From positions 1-64,000 of the forward strand of contig BAAIJX010000016.1 of the NCBI GenBank assembly GCA_054600435.1: a stretch of 64,000 bases of DNA, in the 5' to 3' direction. The notes under the pieces were generated by a model. That model made no database searches. It worked only from the letters and a program-made list of their open reading frames with translations, and was not told the DNA's origin. The DNA is from Neophaeotheca triangularis (taxonomy: Eukaryota). Shown here piece by piece: positions 1 through 13,050 of the stretch. Made by a program: the position numbers and the translations under genes. Position 1 is the first letter of the stretch. Every line of letters starts with the position of its first letter.

Positions 1-670
1 GGGGGGAGAGGGGGGAAGCTGAATGTGGCGGTGTTTGAGTGAAAGGAGGGGGCGGGGAGCTTGTGACTTGTGAGGCGCGAAATTCTGGATAGGAAGGGTT
101 CTTGGGACGCGTGAGAAAGGTCTCATCTTGGGACAGCTTGCCTGGTCGAGGGTTCGCTTGGAGGGAGGGGAGGGATGGAGAGCAGCGTAAATGTCCATGC
201 GATGGGTTTTGAGAGAGAGCGTGTACGAGCACAGCAACAACGAACGCAGTGGGGGATCCAAAAGGGGCTGTTGGAATTTAAAAGCTTACCGTACGTAAGT
301 CTTGAGTTTGTACGTTGTAATTTTTGCCAAGATTTGCTATTTGACGTCCTCGGCTCAGGGTCACTTCTCCTCCAGAAAGGAAGGAAGATAAGAAGGACAA
401 GGCAACGAAACGCAAGAAGATATAGTAAAAAAGAAAAAGGGTATCATCGCAACCAGGTGCCAGGGGCATCCGTACCCATCCGTCCTTAACCAATCCTAAC
501 CTCATCAACCCCGCAAACCGCATATTCACATTTGAACTCACCGCGCAAACAAAAATCAAACCAACCGCGACACAAGCCAAGCCAGACCCCAATCACGACC
601 TTTCCCCTCTGCACACAAACCCACGACTGTCCCACTCCCCAAAAAACCCACCGAGACCATCCATCCCCTC

Positions 671-2383
671 TTACCGCCTAAAAACGCTCATAAAGCTCTT
701 GCGCTTACTAACCCTCGGAGTCCTGTTCTCGGGAATAGGCGGAGGCGGCGGCGCCGCGATCGACGAAGAGGACGCCGGCATCTTAGGCGTGGCGGTGATG
801 TTTGAGCGCCTGCGAGCGGTATTGGCAGCCGCGTCGCTGGCTTTTGAGTCCCTGTCTTTGCCGCTGCTGCTGGGTTCGCGGTTTTTGTTCGCGAGCGCGC
901 TTGCTGGTTTGTTTGTCGCTGTGTCCGCGTGCTGGCGTTTAGGGGCCGCCGAGGTTGTGCTGTGGTGGGAGGTGCGGCGGGGGAGTGCGGCGGCGGAGGA
1001 GGAGGGGTTTTGTGCGTCGTGCGAGTAGACGGGGGTGGCGACGGAGTTGGGGTTTGGGGGTTTGGAGGAGGCGGCTAGGCTTGATTTGCGGGATTCGAGG
1101 GCCGGGGCGCCGGAGGAAGAGTAGCGTTTTGTCGTTTGGGTTGTGGTTGTCGGTGGAGGGGGAGGGGTTTTGGTTGAGAGGTTGAGGGGTGGTGGGGGCA
1201 TGGGTTCAGGGGTACGGCTGCGGGTTGCTGCGCTGTGGGCGCTGCTGCTGCGTGAGGGTCCGTCGGGGCGTGCGCCGATGGTTTTGGGGCGGCCAGTGGT
1301 GCTGCGTGAAGAGTCGCCTACCATGTCTTCAGTTGAGATGCCGTTGAGACGGAGCCCGTTCGGGGCGGCGTAGTTGTCGCTGCCGTGTGTGGTTGTTGGT
1401 CGGTCCCGATCGGCATGAGTCGCGTGCTCTGTCGTTGGTAATTCGAAAATTGTATGGCTGTCGAGATAGGCGCTGCCTCGTTTCTGCTGCTGTTGCGATA
1501 ACCGTTTCGCCGCTGTGGTGGTGGCACCGTTTGCTGTTGGTTTTGGAGCTGATGCATCCAATTCTGGCTGACTCTTATTTTGGTGCATACTTTTCCGGCC
1601 CCCAGCAAATGCTTTCCGCAAGCCCCCTTCTCGATCTTCGCCCTGGTGTTTTTCCAGCCGCTCAATCTCCCCTAGCATGGTGCTACCGTTCATGGCCAAG
1701 TTCTCATCTGGAATGGGAACGAACTTTAATACACCTCTTTCCGGCGGCACTGACAGTACATCCGCCATGAACGATTGGATCAACGCGGCATTGCGCTTGT
1801 TGATAGTCGGTTGCATTTGGCTAGGCAGTGCTGAAATGGTAAGAACGTAGCAAGGCTCAAAGGTGCCGGCGAGGGCGAGGCAAGCGCTGTGTTCGACGTT
1901 GATCATAATGGAGGAATCCGGTCTGGTATAGCGGGCGCCCAAATGATACGACAGGTCCGTAACGAGCGTAAACTCATCCTTGATCTGCGCGCATTGGATC
2001 AGCATCCATTACATCTCCGCCCTTTTCAAGGACAAACTTACAATCACATTCGTCTTCAATTCCGCAATCACTGGGCTTTCCCTGTGCACCCGCTCTCGCG
2101 CAGCGCTCATGCTGTTGTCCTTGTATTGGAAGTGTCCCTCAAAATACTGCATCCTGTGCTTGGAACCATGATCGTATGCGCCCTTGTTCCCATTCATGTC
2201 GCCGCTCGTCTCCAACTTTGGAGGAGCTTCCCTGCTCCTGGTACCGGTCAAATCGGCGTATGCATCTGCGATGCTCGATCGCTCTCCCACCGGAAGTGAT
2301 CGTCTCTTATGCGCCGTGGACGAAGCGGGAGCAGATTCGCCTGGCACGGTCGAGTTGCCGTGATGCGAAGCGTCGGAATACAT
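671..2383 (-). CDS. Tautomerase/MIF-superfamily domain protein with long disordered S/P/T-rich C-terminus (2 exons; intron 1985-2041)
   Basis: ORFs 2009..2383 and 671..2005 join through a GTAAGT...CTGAT...CAG intron, giving SPVIAELKTNVI|IKDEFTLVTDLSYHL...LALAGTFEPCYVLTISALPSQMQPTINKRNAALIQSFMADVLSVPPERGVLKF, typical of fungal MIF-domain proteins. Confidence 0.75.
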
Positions 2384-2880
2384 GACGAGCTGTTGCGCGG
2401 TCTAGGGGTCTTTGGTTCGGTTGGAATGCGGGATCCTCCAGAGTTCGTCACGCCGTGTAACAGTGAAGTTGAGCTCACACTCCGCTGCAGTGCGACGTCG
2501 AGGTTTAATAATGAGGAACGGGGGGGGGAGATGGAAAGTAAGGTATTTCCAGCGCAGTGGGTTGACCCGGGCTCGACGATTCAGAGGTTGGCAGTTGAAG
2601 TAATGATGAATTAAAGACGTGATAGGCAGGTAGCTCCATACCTAAGTATGGATGTGAGGGTGACGAGTGGGGGCTGTCGAGAGCTCTAGCGGAGTCTAAA
2701 TGAATGTTCAATTATTGCATTAGGCATACGCAACTGTAAAGTGCATGCGTCTTCCAGATTAGGTTGGCTATGATTTGATTGAGAAGGGGGGGGGGCCGCA
2801 AAAAGGTTTGTCGGGCTGCCCTTTATTTCGCCGGACGTCAATATTGTCCGACAGGCGGATCCATGTTTAATTATCATTAT

Positions 2881-2904
2881 ATTATTATTATTATTATTAT
2901 TATT
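2881..2904. repeat. (ATT)8 microsatellite
   Basis: attattattattattattattatt read directly. Confidence 0.9.
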
Positions 2905-4584
2905 GTTGTGAAGAGTTGTGAAGACGACTTCGGTACTTACAGTAGTTTAGGTAGTACTGATGAGTACATAGTCAAGTACCAGACTTCCTCTCGGCCTCTA
3001 GTCTAATGTGCCGTTGATGGAAGCTAACTTTCCAACTTACCGTTAATCAAATGCCGCTTGGAACTGATCTAAAGGCAGGGAGAAATTATTCCATTTTATT
3101 ACCTAGACCTTGACGACTACTAACTACCTACCCACTATGCAAGCAATACTAACTTGACAACAATGTAATGGATGGCATCGTCTGTGTATTGTGCTATGCA
3201 TCCATGGCAATATGGACATGTCGTGTGTCGTCGGCCCCTCATCAGACCATTAGACGAGTCACGACGGGACTTGCGACTGGTCAGAGTATTTGATTAAAAT
3301 TTAACAAAGTGTCCCCGCTAAGATCTCGCTAGATCTCGTTGATCCATCACGATTCACGAATCACCATCTAACAAGATACTGTACCTTATCCATCCCTTCC
3401 AGGACCAGGGTGAGATTATTGCTCGGTGCGGCTGACCGAAAACCTTACAACACCTTGCAAGCTCCCGTTTCATCATCATCATCAATCTCTCGATGCACTC
3501 ACCTGCCATTGCTACCGTGCTACTCTCTACCTACATAGGTAGACTTTGACCCTGACCAGCCCGGAGCGCCCGGATCTTCATACCCATCCTTTTCCGCTTG
3601 GGGTGAAAGGAAGTACCGTAGATATATACTACCACACTACTTGGCAATGGTACATCCGTAGGGCATCCATGACCCTGCATGGCCATTGGCCAGTAGGAGA
3701 CTGAAGAGAAAAAAAAAATGAAAATTGGGCGAGCTGATTGGCGTATTGCGGTATTGGCCCCGTTTCTTTTTTTTTTCAATTCGTTTGGGAAAACCGCAAA
3801 TATTTGATTCAGGGCACAACGTGCTGAAGAGTAGGTCAATTAAAAAAAAAAAAGGACACTGTATTATTATTATTATTACTATTCCGATCATCGGTCCTAT
3901 CCAGCTTCCCTTTCTCGTCCAGCCCGAATTCGGTCAAACTGGCCAGGTCGGGGACGGGTTTATTAGAAGGATAAAGATTTCTAGCAGGTAGATAGGTAGG
4001 TAGGTAGGAAGTTCCGAATACCTTTGCCTCTTGCGCTTTCCGACAACAACGCAGGGCAATGCAGACTCAGTGGCCATTTGTCAAAGTATATAGAGCTGCC
4101 GCGAAAATCCAGTCTCGAACCGGGTTTTTTGGCGCGTGCAGAGTGCTCTCGCTCACCGCAACACATGGGATCCTCAGCTGCCAGTGATCGCGCAACGTCG
4201 ATTTGGGACGCGAGCGGCAGAGGGCGGATGATTGAGCAATACTTTGTAGGCGCTCGTGACGATTCCCGCTTTGTCGGCCATACCATGCTATTGCAGATGA
4301 GCCCTTGGTTGTGAATCGGTTTCCGCGCTCATATGTAATGTTGCTCGGGAGAAGAGGCTTGGCGAGGAAGTGATACCCAAGACCCAATCTCCCACGTGGC
4401 GACACGTTGTCACGTCTGGAAGAACGTGGGTTGATGCATGTCGCCCTCCGGGTCCAACGCATGTGACTGAGCAGCCGCTCCTGCATGAACACATTAAACG
4501 TCCAGAAAGGCGCATATTTCAAGCCCACGAGCAAGAGCAGTAAAAGCCCCGCCGCACCACCACGAGAAGAGCACTCGGCAGACC

Positions 4585-5568
4585 TCAACCCCTCATCCTC
4601 GCACTCCTCGCCTCCTCCTCTCGCCTCCCAGCCGCTCTGCCCAAGAACCCCTCCCTCTCCAAATATCCCCCCTTGCTCTTCCCGTACACATCCAGCTCCT
4701 CGCCAAGCCCCTGCTCGCTCACAAAACCCTTCCAATCCAACGCGCTCTTCTGCACAGTCGTCATCTTCTCCGCCTTGCGCTTCCGCTCCTCTTCCGCCCG
4801 ATGCTCAGCCATGAGCACATCCTGCCGACTCGGGGCGCGCAGCCGCTGTTTCTCCGGCGGAAGCCCTCTGACCGCGCCCGTGGGATTGGGTTCGAAGCGC
4901 GACGGTCGGCGGAGCGGGCGACGGATTGCGTCGTGGGAGGGCCCCGCTCTCGCGTCTGTGGCTGCTGCTTGTTGCTGCTCGCGGACATGGCGTTGTGCTT
5001 CTTTCGAGCTGCGCAGTACGCGCTCCTCGATTTCCGTCACTTCGCCGGCGTATTCGATGCGGCGTGTAATGGTGATGTAGTTGTTTTCGTTCTCTTTGTT
5101 GTCGCTTTCGTCGGTTTCACCAGAACCGGGACCTTTTTCGGCGCGTGGTGGTTGGCCGATGGGCACGCTGTTGAGCTCCTTCCATATCGTGTCGACGTCG
5201 ATGGTGACTTCGCCCTTGGTGGCCCGTTTTTGTTCTTTGCGCTCTGTCTTCTCGGCCAGTCTCTGGGCTCTTGTCTTGATCAGCCCGCCTTCGCCGCCGC
5301 TGTCTTCTCCGTCCGCGGCCTTCCGCTTCTTCCTTTTGCGTTCCTTGATGGTGACCTCGTCCCCAGAGTCCAGTTCCTCGTCATCTAGATTCTCTACCTT
5401 TCTCTTGGTGGGTTTCTTCGCTGGTTTGCTTTCGACCGGCGTGTCCTCGTCACCAGAAGACGACGATACATCCTCGTCTGCTGCAGCGGCGTGAGGGTTA
5501 AAGTCTTCGTCCTCGTGCTCATTATAAACCTCCTCCTGCATCTCAATGTCCTCTGTGAGCGCGACCAT
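4585..5568 (-). CDS. SWC5: SWR1-complex protein 5 (BCNT/Bucentaur C-terminal domain)
   Basis: 327-aa ORF with acidic N-terminus (EDEDFNP), GGEGGLIKTRAQR, and C-terminal BCNT motif KMTTVQKSALDWKGFVSEQGLGEELDVYGKSKGGYLEREGFL. Confidence 0.9.
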   Translation of the reverse strand: MVALTEDIEMQEEVYNEHEDEDFNPHAAAADEDVSSSSGDEDTPVESKPAKKPTKRKVENLDDEELDSGDEVTIKERKRKKRKAADGEDSGGEGGLIKTRAQRLAEKTERKEQKRATKGEVTIDVDTIWKELNSVPIGQPPRAEKGPGSGETDESDNKENENNYITITRRIEYAGEVTEIEERVLRSSKEAQRHVREQQQAAATDARAGPSHDAIRRPLRRPSRFEPNPTGAVRGLPPEKQRLRAPSRQDVLMAEHRAEEERKRKAEKMTTVQKSALDWKGFVSEQGLGEELDVYGKSKGGYLEREGFLGRAAGRREEEARSARMRG

Positions 5569-5958
5569 GTTCGTGAAGTATTCTGGACAATATACGGCGC
5601 GTGTTCACAGAGAATGTTCAAGACTGGAAGAAGTGTGTAGCGAATGCGCGCCAATCAAGGCAAGCGTTGATTTAGTTACCTTACTAGGGCAAACTCTATC
5701 TTATCGTGTGTCTATGGTCATGTGACCTTGACTCTTAACTACATTGTTCACGTTAGAAGCTATTTCCTTGCAGATGTCATGGGTCAAAGGCAAAAGGTGC
5801 ATAGCAAAGATAGACCTGATGTGCTATATAGCTACAGTAACATACAACAATTACCCCAAACTCAAACCAGTCGAGATTATCGACTAGTAAATTAACCTTC
5901 GAAACCTAGCTGTACGTTTGCGCGTTCGTGAATCGTCCTCTAGATCTAATAAAGACCC

Positions 5959-8676
5959 TTACACGTCCATCTTACGATCTTTCTCGCCCGCCGGGTTGCC
6001 TTTGTCCGTGCCAAAGTCCGAGTCGATCTGGATCAGCTCGGGGAAAGGCTCGACATCCTGCCTCATGGCGTACTTCTGCCAGTACCAAGGCGCCTTCTGA
6101 AGATAGTACGTGCCATGCTCCCTGTTACCGACGTTAAAGACGACGTCGAGTTCTTCGAGTGTTCGGTTCTTCGTCTCGGGGAGCAGGAAGTAGGCGTAGA
6201 CAGTTCCGAAAATGTTCCACGCAGCATACCTATGCCGAAGTTAGCAAGGGAAGAATAAACGGGGGATGAGCAAGGGACCGTACCATCCAAAAGCACCCGT
6301 GGGCGTGAATGACGCCGACAACGCAGGCCAGGTGAATGAGATGATGAAGTTGAAGCTGCGATGAAACCATGGTCAGCATGTGCTCTGCTTGTAGAAGTGT
6401 ATGGAGAACCTTACCCCCAGCAGGTAGCAGTGGCAAACGACATGCCTACATCTCTGAGGTACAGAGGGAAAGCTTCCGCCGAGTCTAGATCGCGTCAGTC
6501 AATCGTTCTTTCAGGGCAATAAGGACACGGGAATACGCACAGGTGAATGGCACCGGTCCTTCACTAGGCGAGTAGCAGACCATGAACATGTAGATGGCCG
6601 CTGCCACGCTGCCTAGTTGACCGGTTGAGACAACGTTTTGCTCTTCGCCGTCGACTATCTCTGTGTCCAAGCCTGGCCGACCGTTGTCGATGAAGAATGA
6701 GAAGCCGCACCAAAGAAGGCAAATAGCCATCAATGGAAAGCCGACGAGCAAAAGGTTACGGCGTCCGAAGGTGTCGATGGTGTAGATAGCAGGAATAGCG
6801 AACAGCCAGTTTACAACACCTTGGTGGAATCGTCAGCTAGCTTTTTCTTAGAGCATTCTCGTAGAGAGGCGGACTTACCAGTGCCAAAGGATGTCCACAG
6901 AGCATCTGACCGGCCGAAACCAGCTTCTTGGAAAATGGCCGTTGAGTAGTAGGCGATCACATTGACTCCACAGAATCTGTTCAAGTTTAGAATAACGAAT
7001 CATCGCAGTGCTCAATTGATACATACTGTTGCATAAACATCACGAAGAAGGCGGATTGTGCGGCACGTCGGTTGCGCCTCACAACGAAGAACTCTTTCCA
7101 GAGGTTCTTGCCTGGCAAAGTGTTAGCAAAGGCAGACGAATGTGGTGGCAAAGCTTATATATGCTTACCGGCACGCTCAGCCTTCTCGACTTCGAGCAGT
7201 TTGTACGCATAGTACATGTCTCTTGCAGCTTGGAATTTGTGGTTCCGTAGGCGCACCATCGAATCGTAAGCTTTGTCGTATTTTCCCTTCTCCATGTACC
7301 CTATTCCGTTGTTAGCGGCTAGCATCTTGGCGTAGTGCCAAAGGGGACTTACATCTTGGAGACTCGGGACAGAAGTAGACTTGAGCCATCACAAAGGCCG
7401 GAGGGATCGCGGTCTATACACGTACGTCAGTCACCAATTTACTGTCGTTAGCGAGGTGGGGAGGCGTACACTAGCCAGCATCCATCGCCATTGTTCACCA
7501 TCATAGAAGACAGTAGTATCCTGGAAAATGACGGAGGCAGCAAAACCCAGCATGATGCCAAAAGCAGTCCACCTGTGATACGGTCAGCAAAGTTCTGTCT
7601 TGTCGTGTGCATCGATTACTGCTCACATTTGCCACTGCATGGTCAAGGCGCCTCTAATGGTTTTCGGGGCACATTCGGCAGAGTAGACGGGTGTAGTACT
7701 CGATTTGGCACCGATGGCGAATCCCAAAGCACTGCAAGCGTTAGTGGAAGGTTCGATTTACTGATCGACAAGTTACGGCATGAACTTACAATCGTGCGAT
7801 GAGCAAATTGTACCAGGAGTCGGCAGCAGCCTACACCTGAGTTAGCGAGATGTGCCAATTGAAAAACTCGCCGCGAAAACTCACCATCCAGAACCCTGTC
7901 ACAACGGAGATGAAGCAAGAAACGAAGATAGTCCCGCGTCGTCCCAAGAAGTAATTGAAAGGAGCGTTCTGCATGCTATATCAGCACAGAAAAGCAAGAG
8001 GAAGTTCGGTTTCCGTGAATGCTTACCATCCAACATCCAAGCAATGCGGAGCACAAGTACGGTGCGCCATTCTGTTGAGAATCGTAAGCTTCCAATCTCA
8101 CTTGAGTGCATTGGGCCGGGGACGGGAGGTAAATACCAGAAGTCCTTGCTGATACACATCCGTGATTCCGAACTCCTCGAAGTAGTACTCTTGCGCTCCA
8201 TTCACAGCGGTTTGATCCATTCCCTGGACGATAGCACTTCCAGCGCACAATACTACCAAGAAGTATAGCGTGAATGGCTGCTTCCATTTATGGGCGAGTT
8301 CAAAACGAAGCTGCTCCTTGTGCTCTTCCGAAATGCTGTCCATCTCTTCAAAAGCGCGATCGTGTTGACCCATGCGAGCAAGCAGGGCACCGAGGTGGAA
8401 ATCCTCTCGGTGTTCTTGGAGACCCTTTCCATCGACGAACTCGTCGACATCCCTCAAAACGTCCTCTTCGGACATGCCAGAGAGGGGGTTTTGGAGCTTT
8501 GCGGCGACACTGGTCTGTGTCGCGACGGATTGGTTCCGAGCCGGGTTCGTTCCGCTATATTCTTTCCTCTCAGCACCGCCGCTCGAAGAGTCCGAAGATG
8601 GCCGCTTGGCCCCTTCGATCTCTTCAGCGCCTTTGCCATTGGTGCCAAAGTGGCCTTCGTCCTTGGCCGCAGACAT
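5959..8676 (-). CDS. MFS sugar porter (polyol/myo-inositol transporter-like), about 14 exons
   Basis: The spliced product contains [80 protein letters not shown] and PETKNRTLEELD. ATG at 8676, TAA at 5959-5961; 13 GT-AG introns traced by eye. Confidence 0.9.
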
Positions 8677-11600
8677 GATGAGTGAGTTGCGACAGATGCA
8701 GGAGATCAACAATCAACAAGAACAAAAAAAAAAGGTGGATACTCAAAAGCGATCGGAGGAAAGTCATGCAGCGCAAGCTTGCTCATATATCGCATTGATG
8801 GTTTCACGGTCCAAGCCATGGGCTCACGGAGCCAAGGGCTCAGCACTCGTCATTGTGTCATGTCCTTGCTCGAGACCACGTGAAGGTCAGGCAGAGATCC
8901 AGGGCTTCCTCCGGTCAACAGCGAGGAGTGCCAATTGCCAAGATCAAAATCGAGAGGCTCGCCCACGCCATCTCCACAGACTGAGGTCTGGATAGTGGAG
9001 AGGGGCCCAAACCCCGACCGGGTCCATGGCAGGGGCCACGGGGAGAGCTCAAAAGGTACATCACGTAAGGTAGGTGCGCGTTCTTGGAGTGTGTTCCCGC
9101 ACCGTCATTGGCACGTCGTCTCACAAAGAGTGGGATCGCCACGGTTGGTTTGAGCTTTTGGAGCCTCCAAGACATGCCCAGACTGGTGAGGCATGGCACT
9201 GCTTAGCAGCTGTACGCTTGCGCAGAAGGCTTGCCCAGCCTCAAACTGGACCTGAGCAGAGGTATCGTAGATATCGGGTGATATTCGCATTTCCAGCACA
9301 ACACCCAAATGCCACACACAGCGCGAGCCTTTCAGCAGACTCATCAAAGGTCAGCAACATTGAAACCAGAACGTAGTGGAGCTAAGGTTGCTACTACTAT
9401 CGAGTTTGGGCGGGAGGCGCGGTGTTCTGCCAAGGTCTTGGCGATTTATCCGTCTCCGATAGCATCAGTCTTGACTTTGCCATTCTCTACCTTATGTACC
9501 TTATGCATCCCTGCGGCATGAGCTGCAGCAGTAGTAGGAGTCAGGATTCAGAACCCCTCACGTGGCCGGTCAAGACTAGAAACAGCAGAAGGATTCACTA
9601 AAGTTGTGGTTGGGATGGGCTAATATGCCCTACATTATTGTGAACTGATTCGGTTCAGCACGTGAAGAGTCTCGACGTCGTGCCATCCAAGTCGAGATCT
9701 CTGTACTGGAGGTTAGCCTGGACGAGACGTCTGCGAGGCATCTGTGCTCATGCGATCAAAAAGTCGAAATGTCTTAGTGGTACACGAATCGAATGTCTTT
9801 AAACGGCACAGGTTTGACAGGCTCGTTGGGAGGTAGATGAGAATGTAACGATACGTACCAGATTCGCGCTCCCGAGGAAGATATAATCGAAGGATCGGTA
9901 TCAGTTGAATGTTCACCCGCGGGGGCAGAGATGGTAGAGAGCTTTAAGGAGTCTGTCTGTGATGCGTGTGGTGGTGGCAATAAATTAATCATGTGTCGCG
10001 TGCGTATCAAAAACAACCATTCTTTTTCTTTTTCCTTTTTCTCTTTGGAATAATATTATCTGCCGTGCGTAGAATCAAGAAAATCCGCCGTTGCTAGAGT
10101 GTGGAGACCCCTCATTTGCCCTGTCTTAGCAAAGGTTGGCATGCGTGGACGAGGAGGAAGCATGCAAGTATGTGGCAAAGGTCACCAGCGAAGTGGTCGG
10201 TCTTCGCAAACAACTTGAAGCTGATAAGTTTGCAACATGTCATCAATCGTGATGTAGCTCACCATCGCGATTATTGTCGGGACTCACATGTACGACTATG
10301 TCAACGGCGTCTGTTATATGAACCTTGAAGTGCTTAGTGTGTTGGTGGCGCGCATGGCGTTTCCGTGGGACCCGTTGGAGCCGATGCCGTCCCTCGTCGG
10401 CTTCTCATCCGTCTCTCGGCCATAGCCGACGAACATTGCCTCGACTACATGTCATCCCATCTCTGCAACACATTGGAAGGTACGAGATCATTGCAGCACA
10501 ATCTCAATGAGAGAATATCTTGGCTATCGTCAGCGTCATGTCCAGGTTCGAAGCCATCCAATGCCAAGGTTGCGCTTCATCGCCAACAAGAAGGTGATAG
10601 TGAGCATAGACGACCACGTTTTAAGTGACCTCAATATCATAATTTGTACAGTCGTCGCATCGAGTAGTCGAAAGAAGGCCTTGAGGTGAGGAGAATGGTA
10701 ATTTGCCCACCCTCAGTGGACACCCGGCCTTGGGTGAAAAACACATGTAGATCTGAGCGACTCCATCAGCCAAAGATGATAGCTCGCACGCCTTTACTAC
10801 CTCCTCTCTTACGCCGCCGTTGGCTTTGCAGCGCAAACGCTTGCTCTAGTAAGTTGCTCCAATCCTTCCCTCCTCATCCCTAGCCTCCATCTACTTGCCG
10901 CATCTTCAGACGGTGGTGCGTCTCTTATACACACAAGAATACGGCCACTAGCAGTAGTATATTGCCCAGCTCTAAGACCTTATTGCGTATGGCCACAAAC
11001 GCAATGCGATACCTAGCAACAATGAGTTAGTCTTTTGTTCGGCTATGTGCTCTGTAAGGCCATCGCAGAAACTTGTTGTTGAAATTTCACCGGCGAGTCA
11101 AGCCCATGCGTTATGAGTTCCTTACGGTCAACGAACGTTCTTCGGTCCGGTTGCCGATCTCTGATTATCTTGTATCCAAGACTCTGAAAGCGATAATCCT
11201 AGAGGCAGGGATCCACCATTGCTACTAGATCAGGGGCCCTTCTCGAATTCGCACGGCCAGAACCAAATGGAAACCCCCACTGGACTCCTTCGACGTCCTG
11301 CTATCATGACCTTCGCCAGCGACGAGCGAAGCCCGGCCTAAGTCGAGCTGTGCAGAATCGTCTTCTTGTGGCCCTGGGGAATTCAGCGGTGTCGAGATAC
11401 AGAGCATGCACGTCTGACTTGATCCCCTTGAAGCGGAAATCATGGACCTAGAAGAGGTCAGAATGGCACCCCTTCGAAGTCCAAGATTCCAGACCCCGTC
11501 ATCTTTTCCTGGCGTGGAATATCGATTGCAAAAGGATGTCGCTTGCCCAATCTTCGCGGACGTCGAGTCGATGCGAGCGAGCTCGAAAGCATTCGCCATC

Positions 11601-11766
11601 GTAGCCCAAACAACTCTGCCAAGCCGAGCTATGACCCCTGCCCAAAACCTCACCTCACCAAAACCTCACCTGGAAGCAGGCCTTGTAGCCGGCGCCAGCC
11701 TGACTAGGTTCACGATCTTCCTTCGATCAACCACATAACCAACCCTGAACACCAAACACGGCAAAC

Positions 11767-13050
11767 ATGGCGAGAGCCCGTCCCACACCAACCTCAGGGT
11801 ACGACCTGGACGTCGACTTCAACAAAGGAGAAGGACCGCAGCTGACATCGCTTGCCATCAGGGCCAAAACCTCTGCCGCCTCCCAACAAGGAGCCAGGAG
11901 AACGTACTCACGCAAAGCCAAAACGGTGGGCCAGGCAAAAAAAAAGAAAGCATCTTACGCGGAGGCAAAGGACGCTGACACCGTCAAGGCGACTGAAGGC
12001 ATGTTTGAGGGTAGCGATACCGAAGACGACGAAGACGACCAAAACCACAAGGTTTCGAAAGCCAATGATGGCTACATGGCCGGCGAGTGCGGGTCTGGTG
12101 ACTACGGTCGCGAGCGACTCTCACGCAAAGTCAAGAAGGTTGGCAAAGCAAAAGTCGCAAGGCCTAAAGCTGCAAAGCCTATGGCCAGCAAAGTGTACAA
12201 CACTCGAGCAAAGGTCGCTAACAGGAAAAAGTCTTTGAGAGAGGGCGCCTACCAGGAAATCCAGACCAGTGATGATGAAACGTACCGGCCAGAGAAGCAG
12301 GAAGAGAGTACCCCTGAGAATGAAGACGGCATCGAAATGGTCGAAGAATACATCGCAGTCAGCCCCAACGACAAGCGCCTACCGATCAACAAGGAGAAGG
12401 AACGCTTGAAGCACCTAGGATACCACGGCCAAATCTTCACCAAGACGCCACTCGAAGGCACTCTGCCCATTATCCTCCCCCGCCTCAACCTCGTCATCCT
12501 CAAGCCGTCTTTCCCGGCACACCTCAACATCACGGACCTGGACATCCTGAACTGGCTCAAATCCAACCAAGTCCTGCGTCTGCTCAAGAAGTGGAAGAGC
12601 AAGCTCGAAGAGCAATACGAGCTCACCGTCGACGCCTTCCTGCCGGACGAGAGCAGCACCGTCTGGAACAAGGACGAGGCCATCATCGCGAACTGGGCCG
12701 AGCACTTCGCCCTCGGCAACATCAAGCTAAGCGAGGACGACGAGTCGGCGGAGCGCTTGTCGGCCTTCTTTGCGGGGCGCCTCGCCAATGGCAGCGAGCA
12801 CTTCCCGCCGCTGTCGCAGTTGCCGCAGGGGAGTCCCAGGTTTCTCGCTTGCGCTCGTGTCGTGCTCGCTGCTTTTGCCGATTTGATGAAGTACGGCGAC
12901 GGCTTCTTCGCGGTGCTGCTGGAGAGCGAGCTCGTCAACCCCATGCGCCCGCAGCTTCGTGAGCTGTGGGAGGCGGTGTACGTTGTTGGGGAGGGGAAGG
13001 TGGTGGGAGAGGTAGAGGAGGGGGCTGGGGAGCCCATGGAGTTGGATTAG
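11767..13050 (+). CDS. Hypothetical protein (427 aa; basic/acidic disordered N-half, helical C-half)
   Basis: Long ORF with coding-like third-position bias. No family recognised, and the true start may lie upstream. Confidence 0.65.
   Translation: MARARPTPTSGYDLDVDFNKGEGPQLTSLAIRAKTSAASQQGARRTYSRKAKTVGQAKKKKASYAEAKDADTVKATEGMFEGSDTEDDEDDQNHKVSKANDGYMAGECGSGDYGRERLSRKVKKVGKAKVARPKAAKPMASKVYNTRAKVANRKKSLREGAYQEIQTSDDETYRPEKQEESTPENEDGIEMVEEYIAVSPNDKRLPINKEKERLKHLGYHGQIFTKTPLEGTLPIILPRLNLVILKPSFPAHLNITDLDILNWLKSNQVLRLLKKWKSKLEEQYELTVDAFLPDESSTVWNKDEAIIANWAEHFALGNIKLSEDDESAERLSAFFAGRLANGSEHFPPLSQLPQGSPRFLACARVVLAAFADLMKYGDGFFAVLLESELVNPMRPQLRELWEAVYVVGEGKVVGEVEEGAGEPMELD

Noticed and set aside
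8700..11700. Transposon remnant or gene in the gene-poor interval
   Set aside because: I found no TIRs, LTRs, transposase or RT motifs, and no consistent exon chain.
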